Assembly: GCA_033762115.1 (NCBI GenBank)
Contig: JANRLX010000063.1
Span: forward strand, 1 to 18,814
DNA: 18,814 nucleotides
From: Verrucomicrobiota bacterium
GTDB taxonomy: Bacteria > Verrucomicrobiota > Verrucomicrobiia > Limisphaerales > SXQI01
Direction: 5' to 3'
Shown here: positions 8,883 to 17,966 of the stretch, piece after piece
Layout of the letters: each line of letters begins with the position of its first letter
How positions within the stretch are numbered: position 1 is the stretch's first letter
Position numbers and translations under genes: made by a program
Notes under the pieces: generated by a model
Database searches by the model: none
What the model was told of the DNA's origin: nothing
Seen by the model: only the letters and a program-made list of their open reading frames with translations

Positions 8883-9015
8883 GAGCACAGCTAGGACGGA
8901 CAATAAAATCGCGGGCACCACTCTTCCTCTGGCCGTATTATGCCTTGAAATGGAGTGTCTCTACGTGCATCCGGCTTCTACTGCTCTTCCTTAAAAGTGG
9001 CTCAACGCAATTTAT

Positions 9016-11997
9016 ATGAAACACTTTCTATTCGCCTGCGCGCTTGGCATCTCGTCCTTCGCTGCATCCACTCCAGAGTATCACGTCGCTGACAAAGGCC
9101 CGCACCATCGAACGATGCGAGCCACTAATGAGGTGGGTGAGGTCGTTTCTCAATATGTGCATTTAGGCACGGGACTTAATTACTGGTCAGAGGAAGAAGG
9201 GAAGTGGCTCGAATCAGACAATGAAATCGAGTTGGCCGAAAATGGCGCAGTGTTTCGAAAGGGGCCTTTTAACATTATTTTTAATGCCAACGTGAACGAT
9301 GTGGGTGGAACGTTTGACCTACTCCTTCCGGGAAACCAGCGCGTCGTGATCCAGTGTATTGGCTTGGCATATACTGAAGCGGATACGGGTCGAAGCGTAT
9401 TCATTGCAGAACTTAAAGATACCCAAGGTGAATTGGTTGCCCGTAACACGGTGCTTTACCCCAACTGCTTTGAAGGTGTAAACGCCGACATTCGCGCCAG
9501 TGTTCGGGTGGGAGCGTTTGAGTCTGATGTCATTCTACGGGAGCAATTACCAAGTCCAGACACGTTCGGATTGAACCCGGCCACCACACGCCTGGAAGTG
9601 TGGCATCAGGTGTTAGAAAATCCTAACCCACCGACAACAACGAGGGTTATTGCGCGAAATGATGGGTCTGAAGATATAGACCACTCAGTGTGGTTTGGAT
9701 CGATGTTCATTGGGCCTGGAAAGGCGTTTACTCTGGAACAGGCAGAAGCACCTCTTGGAATGGAAAAGGGACTTCTGGTGGCAAAGGAATGGGTGGGAAT
9801 TGAAGGAATGACCTTCCTCATCGAAAGCCTGCCAATTGCCGAGGCCGTAGCCGAATTGAACGGATTGCCAGAGCCTGAACAGGCCCGGAATGTGGACAGG
9901 AAAGCGGTTGAGACCCAATGGGCTTCGATGAAGAAGGGTAATCGGAGTAAGCCGCTTTCCCTTGGCAACGTTCCTGCCACGAAAAAAGCAAAGACTTTTG
10001 CGAGCATTAACCGAGGCGTGGAACCTTCCAGCCCTGGCTACCTCATTGATTACGTGCTCTTGTCTTCCGCCACCAATTTCACATTCAAGGGCGGAACAAC
10101 CTACCATGTAACAGGCGAAGTTTCGCTGACTCAAACCACAACAATTGAAGGCGGGACAGTGGTGAAGTTCACGAACTATGCGAGCTTCAACCCCCAAATC
10201 AAAATTCATGGGGCAGTCGTCTGCAATACACAACCTTACCATCCGGCGGTCTTCACGTCAGAGGATGACGATTCTGTGGGGGAAATTATTTCGGGCAGCA
10301 CCGGTGCACCGAGCGGCTACTATGCCTATTACAACCTGCTCGTGATGGGGCCTGGTACGAATGCGGTGGAACTGCATGATATCCGAACCAAATATGCTCA
10401 TAACGGTATCGGGATTGAACGCGCAGGAACGCACCGGCTCTGGAACATTCAGTCGTTAAGCAACTCGAAAGGGATTCATGGGGCAAGCACTGACATCCAT
10501 GCGCATAACGTGCTGCTCTATAGCAATTACTACGGTTTCGAGGGCGGGGCATCGACGACCTTTCATGCAGAGCATGTGACAGGGCATAAGCTGGCGTATG
10601 TGTTTTTTCCCAACAGTCACACCAATTCGTTTCTTTACCTGACGAATTCACTTCTTGTCCAGATTACCAACTCAAGCGTTCAGGTCTTCAGCAACTACGT
10701 GCAAACAGCGAGCAGCGGAACGGGGGTTTTTCAAGAGACGCTTGCAGGAGGACATTATCTTGCGGAAAGCAGCACTCATCGCAATGCAGGCACAACAAAC
10801 ATTACCACGTATGCTTCGGCATTGATCCAAACCAATACCACTTATCCGCCGATCATCATCACAGCTGATTTTACTGCTGATACGACATTGGCACCGCAGG
10901 CGCAACGCGACACAGATACCCCTGACCTCGGGTACCATTATTATCCCCTGGATTACGTGGCAGGCAATCGAACATTGACCAATACCCTTACCATGAACAG
11001 CGGAGTGGCAGTAGGACTTTACGAGGAACATGGGATCAAGCTGGAGAAAGATGGAATCGTCTCCATCCGGGGAACTCCGGCTAATCCCGTGAGGCTTGCC
11101 GGTTACAATTGTGTGCAGGAACTTCTCACACATATTTCGACCAACGGTCATGCATCCTTGATAAGCAGTCTTGGCGGTACTGCGACTCTCCCCCAGGTCG
11201 GGTTTAATCTCCGATTTGCCAAACTGTTCGCGTTACCTGGTGTTTCTGGCGGGTTACCCACACGACACCTGGGAGGTGGTAATTCACCAAGCAGCTATTC
11301 ACTCCTGCGTGACTGTGAATTTTACGGAGGCGGGTTACGCCACACCAAAGACACTACAGTGCAGATGAATAATTGCCTTTTTGAGAACTCGAACGTGAGT
11401 TTCAGTTCTGAAGATGGCAGTGTCTATGTGTACAGCTACAACTGCCTGTTCTGGAATGGCACATTCTCCATGGATGACGCCAACAGCGATTGGATTTTTC
11501 GTGACAATCTTTGGGTGAGTTCAACTATCGGCGGTTACTCCTCATCCACCAACAACACGCATAATGGCTACACAAGTGGGCTTTCGCTCATTCCAGGCAG
11601 CCCAGGTGGGACGGACAAGACCAATCTTGTTGCCACATTTGAAACCGGGACTCTCGGGCGGTATTATTACCCTGCCACGGGGACCTCAACCAGCCTGACC
11701 AATCTTGTGAATACCGGAAGCCGCACTGCTGCGGCTGCTGGTTTGTATCACTTCACTACGCAAACAAACCAAACCAAAGAGGCAGCCACCCAGGTGGACA
11801 TCGGCTATCACTACGTTGCATGGAACAGCACGAACAACATCCCCTTCGATACCGATGGAGACGGCATTCCCGATTACCAGGAGGATCGAAATGGGAATGG
11901 CGAGTATGACGTCGGGGAAACCGATTGGGAGGATTACAACTCGCTCAATGGCTTAACAGGCAATCCTGGGCTCGAAGTGTTCACTCCGCTGCAATAG
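9016..11997 (+). CDS. Large secreted protein of unknown function: N-terminal domain, two tandem probable beta-helix modules, and a C-terminal Ca-binding (TSP3-like) repeat
   Basis: 993-aa ORF with signal peptide MKHFLFACALGISSFAA. Beta-helix-like motifs include TTTIEGGTVVKF, GTPANPVRL, NNCLFEN and YNCLFWN. Two modules end in D[LI]GYHY, followed by DTDGDGIPDYQEDRNGNGEYD. Confidence 0.8.
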   Translation: MKHFLFACALGISSFAASTPEYHVADKGPHHRTMRATNEVGEVVSQYVHLGTGLNYWSEEEGKWLESDNEIELAENGAVFRKGPFNIIFNANVNDVGGTFDLLLPGNQRVVIQCIGLAYTEADTGRSVFIAELKDTQGELVARNTVLYPNCFEGVNADIRASVRVGAFESDVILREQLPSPDTFGLNPATTRLEVWHQVLENPNPPTTTRVIARNDGSEDIDHSVWFGSMFIGPGKAFTLEQAEAPLGMEKGLLVAKEWVGIEGMTFLIESLPIAEAVAELNGLPEPEQARNVDRKAVETQWASMKKGNRSKPLSLGNVPATKKAKTFASINRGVEPSSPGYLIDYVLLSSATNFTFKGGTTYHVTGEVSLTQTTTIEGGTVVKFTNYASFNPQIKIHGAVVCNTQPYHPAVFTSEDDDSVGEIISGSTGAPSGYYAYYNLLVMGPGTNAVELHDIRTKYAHNGIGIERAGTHRLWNIQSLSNSKGIHGASTDIHAHNVLLYSNYYGFEGGASTTFHAEHVTGHKLAYVFFPNSHTNSFLYLTNSLLVQITNSSVQVFSNYVQTASSGTGVFQETLAGGHYLAESSTHRNAGTTNITTYASALIQTNTTYPPIIITADFTADTTLAPQAQRDTDTPDLGYHYYPLDYVAGNRTLTNTLTMNSGVAVGLYEEHGIKLEKDGIVSIRGTPANPVRLAGYNCVQELLTHISTNGHASLISSLGGTATLPQVGFNLRFAKLFALPGVSGGLPTRHLGGGNSPSSYSLLRDCEFYGGGLRHTKDTTVQMNNCLFENSNVSFSSEDGSVYVYSYNCLFWNGTFSMDDANSDWIFRDNLWVSSTIGGYSSSTNNTHNGYTSGLSLIPGSPGGTDKTNLVATFETGTLGRYYYPATGTSTSLTNLVNTGSRTAAAAGLYHFTTQTNQTKEAATQVDIGYHYVAWNSTNNIPFDTDGDGIPDYQEDRNGNGEYDVGETDWEDYNSLNGLTGNPGLEVFTPLQ

Positions 11998-12001
11998 TCA
12001 G

Positions 12002-15000
12002 ATGTTTAAAGGCAATATGATTACCATTGTAGACTTTCTGAAGAAGTCGGTTTTAGTCGTGCTGCTCCTCTCGCAAGTCGCGGCTGTTGTAAACGCTCAA
12101 TTCGTTGAGCCATGGCAAAAATGGGCGCAACAACCTGCGACCGCTCCATTATTAGTTCGAGCGAGGATCATGGGAGCAGACCTAACCCCTGTAACATTTA
12201 ATCTAGCTGAGAAAAGCGAGGATTTTGACGGAGAAGGATGTGGAGTGACCGCGACTGTCACGAATTTGTTCAGGGCAACTTTGCGTCCGCATCAACCTTA
12301 CACACTCACGATTAGCGGTGCCGAACTTGAACAAGTCGATCTTTCGCTTCAGGGGTTCGTCAACGATCACTTATCCCGCCTCAGTAAAAAACTTGCTTAT
12401 CCATATCTTGTTTATGTGGATGGTGTTTTAACAAATGCCATTTCTCACAACTTTGGATCTTGTGGAAATCACAGCAAGACTTGGGAAATTGAGATTCGGC
12501 CTGATCGAGGTTTTCGTCCGGTAAGCTGGCGAGGGATCGAGGAGAACTGGCGACGTGATGAGGACAACGTTTCGCCAAACCGAGTGATCGGTGACGCGAT
12601 GATGCCAGACATTGGCCCTGGGAAAGATACGAGCGCCACAAACACAGAAATCCGGTGGTCGGTCTATTTGGGTAAACTTTGGAACGGCCAGTCGGCAGGG
12701 TTGATTAAATTCGCAGAACGGAATCTCGCAAGCAACAGTTTTACTGAAAATACTTTATGGTATTCTCAACCTTCCACCAATCGAAGCGAAGTAGATGTCA
12801 TCCAAACGGGCGCAGGGAGTTTGCGCCAGGTTAAAGTACCACACGGCTTTCTTGATATCAGCTCTACCAACGGAGTGATGGATCTGAAATTCTATCACCT
12901 GGTTAATGTTTCCTCCTCGACCAACACCAACGGGATTTACACCATTTTGACGAACAGTCCATTTGTGACTTGGAAGATCATGAATCCAGACGGAACAAAT
13001 CAGTGGAAGGCAATGAACTTCGTTGAAGAACGCGCTGCCTGGACGAACATCTACGCAATTTCCTACAGTAGCACCAATACATCATGGACGCTGGCCAGCG
13101 GCTCAGGCGCCGATGCTCGAACTGAAAAGAGAACGTTGAATATTTCGGGGCCCTCACGAGCGGAAACCGTTGAAATTCACGGGGGCACTAACCTCACTTA
13201 CAAGGCCATTGAAAACTATCACAAGTTCGCCTGGGGCTGGGAATTGACCAATGTGGTGACCAACCCAGGTTCCAACGGACTCACCAATTCATGGGAATAC
13301 TTCACGGATTCGAATGATGATTTTTATCAGCAGCTAAAGCTGTATCGAAAGCCGGACGGAGGATGGGAACGATGGACCTATGACGCCTATAATCAAAACC
13401 ATACCGGTAACGCCAAGCTGACCCCGTGGAAGGATTCACCCGCTAACCCCGATGACGCGACGGACGAGAACGCGTGGCATACTTTTATGTGGCAAAGCGA
13501 CGAGGGTTACGGCGTGGCGCACAATCAAACTTCGGAAACCTTCGGGGGAACCAATCTTGATTCTCAGGTCATCTATCATAAATGGGGACGTGAAGATTGG
13601 GTTTCTGAAACCGGTCGCGAAATTCGGACAGAAACCATGAGCAGCCCTCTTGAAGCCGGTAAATCAACGCGCGTCCGAGCATGGACGCCAAATGGAGACA
13701 ACTTATCTGACCTCACCTTGGATGTATCTCACGAAGATGAGCGAAGGGCTTTCTACTACTATGATTTCGGAGGATATGATGTCGCTACAGAAACCTTTTT
13801 GACTAACAACGCTGCAACAGGATTGAAGCGAACAGTAATCAACAGCAGCTGGAATTCGGCGGGTGGCGTGTATGGACAGTCAGGTGAATACGATGCGCCA
13901 ATCGATTTTCTTCTGAGCACTCGAGAGGAGCATTTTTTTACAAATGGCCTTCCCATTCGCAAGAACACTTATGTGTATAAAGGCCTAAATGAGACCCTGG
14001 ACGCGCTCATTATCCAACCGCTTGAGTATCGGAAACTCACTTACGACTCCCTCGGTCATCTGACCAACGAAACGGTGATCGATCCGAATAACTCCAACCA
14101 CGTGAGAGTTGTTTACTCAGCCTCGTGGCGTGATGCCGCAGGCAAGGATGCAAACCGGTTGCTTTTTGAGATTGGCGAATCGGGCGCTCGCAAGAATTAT
14201 TTTTACGACTCCCTGGGTCGGGTCACAAACATTACGGTTGTCGGCGTGGGGGTGGTTGATGGATTTGCCAGTCAGTCGGATGTGGTGGCTACTCTTCGCT
14301 ACGATGCCCTCAACCGAACCCTAAGCCATGTCACGACCTCCAGTTCACTTAGCCTGACGAATCTTACGAGCTACGATACAGCCGGGCGCGTTACCTCAAT
14401 GACTGGCGTCGATGGTCTGACTACCAACATTGCATATACCGTCGGCAGTAGCACACGAACCGAACTGCTTCCTGGCGGCAGGAGTAATGTGTTCATGTTT
14501 TACCTGGACGGAAGACCAAAAAGCGTAACTGGAAATGCCCAGGTCAGCCAGTTCTTCGATTACTCCACTGTCGGAGGAGAACTTGAGGTGGAGTGGGATT
14601 GGGACCATGCCAAGAACGTCTCTCACGTAACGTATGGAAACGAATCTGCTCTGCGATGGATGGAGCAAGTGACCGGCCTGGGAAGGCAGCTTAAACAGGA
14701 GCGAGCCCCAAGCCTGTATGCAGATCAAACGAATATCACTCACTACACATGGTGGCTTGGACAAATTGAAAGTATCGATAAGCCTCCAATTGAAACCGCG
14801 ACCGGCTCTCAGGATATTAGTGTGCTTTACCAGTATGACGGCTACGGCAATGTTTATGTCGAACGGGAATTTGCAGTGGGGAATAGGGATAAGGTATTCG
14901 AGACGCTTTATGAAACCGACGGCACTAACTGGTTTCGGGTCACCACTAATTCGATAGCGGGAATCAGTGGTCCTTTAAATGTTAAGAAGGAACGCCTCAC

Positions 15001-17965
15001 CGGGTTTACCGCCACGAATGTCCTTTCTGACGTTCTGGAGATTGATCGAGAAGGAAATGAGACGCGAACTATTACCTATGTTGACCTGACAAATAAAAAG
15101 GTGACGAGCATCACAACAAATTCCGCTTCTGCCCTCAGCGCCACCAATATTGTCATCAATGGTCGATTAATGCAGGCTGGTTCAACAACTGTAGCCACCC
15201 CTTCTTATTTCACGTATGATGCCTTGGGACGTCAACTTTCAGAAAAGAACTCCCTTGGGTTCACCAGGACAAATGCCTACGACGCTTTTGGTCGGGTAAC
15301 AGTGGAAAAAGATTTCACCGGGCAGAGAACGGAATATTCCTATTACCCGAACACTCACGCCAGTGCGGGGTTGCTCTACTGCAAGACCAACGCAAAAGGG
15401 AAAAAAACCTATTACGAATACAGCTTGAGGGGTGAATTGGTGCGCACCTGGGGCGATGAAGTTTATCCTGAAGAGCGGGTTTATGATCAATTCGGCGATT
15501 TAACCGAATTGCATACTTATCAAGGGGGCAGCGGATGGGCTGGAACCAACTGGCCTGCCACTGTTGGGACGACCAACATCACCCGCTGGACCTACCATGA
15601 ACCTACCGGGTTGCTTTTGAGCAAGACTGATGCTGTTGGCAATTCAGTCACCAACAATTACTTCACCAACAACATGCTCTGGACCAAAACATGGTCCCGG
15701 GTAGCAGCAGGGATAACCAATCGCCTGACGATTACCAATGTGTATTTTGGGCATGGTGATCTGGAACGGCAGGATTACTCCGATGGCACTCCCAGCACGT
15801 TTTATACATTCTGGGATGCCGAAGGAAAGCCTGGCGCTGTGGTTCATGACGGCACCCAAACCACCTTTACCTATGATGCCCAGGGGCGGACAACCTATGA
15901 AGAAATCGATTGGGAGTCCGATGCGGTGCAGGATGTGGTGTTGAACCGAAACTATGACCCGGTTTACGGCCTGACAAATATCACCTTAACGGTTGGCACA
16001 AACGCCCCGCTTCAAGTCTTTTACGGATACGACTCCCAGGGCCGCATGAGTCGTGTGACGAATGGGGCGAGCGTGACAGCCTACAGCTATCTGACCAACA
16101 GCGACCTTGTTTCTATGATCCAGTTCAGCCACAGCAACAGTTTGGTCCTGACCAGCGCAAAGAGTTGGGAATATGGCTCGCGTCTAAAATCAATCCAGCA
16201 CAGCACGGCGAGTGGGTTGGTGGATGATGTGAGTTACAGTTACGATGCGTTGAACCGGCGTGAGCGGGCATTAAAACAGGATGGCAGCCAATGGCGCTTT
16301 GGTTACAATGACCGGAACGAAGTGGTGAAAGGGAAGCGGTACTGGGAAGATTTCATGCCGGTGGCCGGGCAACAGTTTGAGTATGCCTACGACACGATTG
16401 GAAACCGGAGCAGCGCCAAGGTGGGCGGAGACGAGCACGGGGCAAACTTGCGCACCATCAGTTACGGGGTGAATGCGCTCAATCAATATACGAACGTGGT
16501 CACGCCGATGAAGGTGGAGATCATCGGTGCGGCAAAGGCCACTGCCAGCGTGAGCGTGAACGGTTCCACGAACCTTGACCGGCGGGTCGAATATTTCCGC
16601 AAGGAACTGGACATCTCCGGCACAAACGCCGTTCACCAAGCCGTGACGATCATTGCCAGCGAAGGGGCGGGCAGCGTGACCAATGAGCTTCCCGCCGGGA
16701 TCACTGTTCCCCCTCTTACCGTAAGCCCAACCTACGATGCGGATGGTAATCTCCTGGGCGACGGCCTCTGGCATTACAAATGGGATGGGGAGAACCGGCT
16801 GCTTCAGATGACGAACACGACCACTCTCGCGAGCAGCGCCCGGCAAAAGCTGGAGTTCAAGTATGACCAGATGGGCCGTCGTAAGCTCAAGAGTGTTTAC
16901 TATTGGAACAGCACCAACTGGTTCAGTAACCCATCTGAACAAACTTACTTTGTTTACGACGGCTGGCTGCTCCTGGCGGAGTTGAATACGCTCAGTGGTG
17001 CGTTGCTGCGGAGCCATACATGGGGACTGGATATGAGCGGGAGCCGAGAAGGAGCGGCGGGGATCGGTGGGCTGCTCATGACGAGCCATCATGGGTCAAC
17101 GAACGTGACGAATGCCTTTGTCTGCTTCGAAGGGAATGGTAATGTCAAAGCGTTGGTGCGACAGGACGGCACGGTGGTGGCGAGATATGAGCATGGCCCC
17201 TTCGGTGAAGTCATTCGCCAGAGCGGTGCATGGGCCGAAGCCAACCCGATCACTTTCAGTACGAAGTATCGGGATCATCAGACAGGGCTGTTCTATTACG
17301 GCTACCGTTACTACAGCCCCACCCTCGGCAGATGGATCAGCAGGGACCCGATTGAGGAGGGGGATGGAAATCTATTATATGGCTTTGTGCGGAATAATCC
17401 TGGAAGTTTTTGGGATCCCACAGGATTAAGCGTTGGAGAAGTCGTAGCTTCTACGGGAATCAGAGCGGGATTAATGGGAGCAGTGGTTTCGGTGACTGTG
17501 GGTAAATTCGCGGCTCCTGCGGGGAGTTATAGTTGGCAGCAGGCAGGAAAAGATGCTGCAATGGGATTTTTAGGTGGCTGGGTAGGCGGGTTTGCTGCAA
17601 AAGGGGCTAGTGCATTTTTACCACAAGCTGGCTCTGTTGGGTTTAAGCGAGGAGCTGCGGCATCCGCAGTATTCGGTGCTTCGGTTGGAGAATTAACTTT
17701 GCTTGCCGTTAATTACGATCTCGACAGGCTAAAAACCACCGCGGGTAAGGCCCAGTTTGTGGCGACGATCATGTTTGCGGGAGCAGTTTCTGCTGGTGGT
17801 GCTCACTTGATTGAAGAGAGCGTAGACAATCTTTTATTTGACGTGGTATTGGAACTTGGTGCAACTGTGGGTGTTGGGGTAGCAAACGGCGTTTGGTCCG
17901 TGGGTGAAGACGCTCAGGCAATTATCCGGCCTTACGTTAATGAGATCGAACAAAAAGCAAAATGA
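12002..17965 (+). CDS. RHS/YD-repeat polymorphic toxin with N-terminal signal peptide (alternative start ATG 12017)
   Basis: Many YDxxGR repeats. RHS-associated core FSTKYRDHQTGLFYYGYRYYSPTLGRWISRDPIEE...YGFVRNNPGSFWDPTGL, followed by a 178-aa C-terminal extension. The N-terminal KKSVLVVLLLSQVAAVVNA-Q resembles a Sec signal. Confidence 0.95.
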   Translation: MFKGNMITIVDFLKKSVLVVLLLSQVAAVVNAQFVEPWQKWAQQPATAPLLVRARIMGADLTPVTFNLAEKSEDFDGEGCGVTATVTNLFRATLRPHQPYTLTISGAELEQVDLSLQGFVNDHLSRLSKKLAYPYLVYVDGVLTNAISHNFGSCGNHSKTWEIEIRPDRGFRPVSWRGIEENWRRDEDNVSPNRVIGDAMMPDIGPGKDTSATNTEIRWSVYLGKLWNGQSAGLIKFAERNLASNSFTENTLWYSQPSTNRSEVDVIQTGAGSLRQVKVPHGFLDISSTNGVMDLKFYHLVNVSSSTNTNGIYTILTNSPFVTWKIMNPDGTNQWKAMNFVEERAAWTNIYAISYSSTNTSWTLASGSGADARTEKRTLNISGPSRAETVEIHGGTNLTYKAIENYHKFAWGWELTNVVTNPGSNGLTNSWEYFTDSNDDFYQQLKLYRKPDGGWERWTYDAYNQNHTGNAKLTPWKDSPANPDDATDENAWHTFMWQSDEGYGVAHNQTSETFGGTNLDSQVIYHKWGREDWVSETGREIRTETMSSPLEAGKSTRVRAWTPNGDNLSDLTLDVSHEDERRAFYYYDFGGYDVATETFLTNNAATGLKRTVINSSWNSAGGVYGQSGEYDAPIDFLLSTREEHFFTNGLPIRKNTYVYKGLNETLDALIIQPLEYRKLTYDSLGHLTNETVIDPNNSNHVRVVYSASWRDAAGKDANRLLFEIGESGARKNYFYDSLGRVTNITVVGVGVVDGFASQSDVVATLRYDALNRTLSHVTTSSSLSLTNLTSYDTAGRVTSMTGVDGLTTNIAYTVGSSTRTELLPGGRSNVFMFYLDGRPKSVTGNAQVSQFFDYSTVGGELEVEWDWDHAKNVSHVTYGNESALRWMEQVTGLGRQLKQERAPSLYADQTNITHYTWWLGQIESIDKPPIETATGSQDISVLYQYDGYGNVYVEREFAVGNRDKVFETLYETDGTNWFRVTTNSIAGISGPLNVKKERLTGFTATNVLSDVLEIDREGNETRTITYVDLTNKKVTSITTNSASALSATNIVINGRLMQAGSTTVATPSYFTYDALGRQLSEKNSLGFTRTNAYDAFGRVTVEKDFTGQRTEYSYYPNTHASAGLLYCKTNAKGKKTYYEYSLRGELVRTWGDEVYPEERVYDQFGDLTELHTYQGGSGWAGTNWPATVGTTNITRWTYHEPTGLLLSKTDAVGNSVTNNYFTNNMLWTKTWSRVAAGITNRLTITNVYFGHGDLERQDYSDGTPSTFYTFWDAEGKPGAVVHDGTQTTFTYDAQGRTTYEEIDWESDAVQDVVLNRNYDPVYGLTNITLTVGTNAPLQVFYGYDSQGRMSRVTNGASVTAYSYLTNSDLVSMIQFSHSNSLVLTSAKSWEYGSRLKSIQHSTASGLVDDVSYSYDALNRRERALKQDGSQWRFGYNDRNEVVKGKRYWEDFMPVAGQQFEYAYDTIGNRSSAKVGGDEHGANLRTISYGVNALNQYTNVVTPMKVEIIGAAKATASVSVNGSTNLDRRVEYFRKELDISGTNAVHQAVTIIASEGAGSVTNELPAGITVPPLTVSPTYDADGNLLGDGLWHYKWDGENRLLQMTNTTTLASSARQKLEFKYDQMGRRKLKSVYYWNSTNWFSNPSEQTYFVYDGWLLLAELNTLSGALLRSHTWGLDMSGSREGAAGIGGLLMTSHHGSTNVTNAFVCFEGNGNVKALVRQDGTVVARYEHGPFGEVIRQSGAWAEANPITFSTKYRDHQTGLFYYGYRYYSPTLGRWISRDPIEEGDGNLLYGFVRNNPGSFWDPTGLSVGEVVASTGIRAGLMGAVVSVTVGKFAAPAGSYSWQQAGKDAAMGFLGGWVGGFAAKGASAFLPQAGSVGFKRGAAASAVFGASVGELTLLAVNYDLDRLKTTAGKAQFVATIMFAGAVSAGGAHLIEESVDNLLFDVVLELGATVGVGVANGVWSVGEDAQAIIRPYVNEIEQKAK

Positions 17966-17966
17966 A

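Noticed and set aside
14041..14230. Short DNA repeat TTACGACTCCCT(C/G)GGTC within rhs
   Set aside because: It encodes two YDSLG repeats and is explained by protein periodicity.
16271..17092. 273-aa minus-strand ORF
   Set aside because: It is antisense to the GC-rich RHS region, where stop-free antisense frames are expected.
17904..17966. Longer N-terminus for the immunity ORF
   Set aside because: It would overlap the rhs 3' end by 62 nt; ATG 17967, right after the rhs stop, is more plausible.
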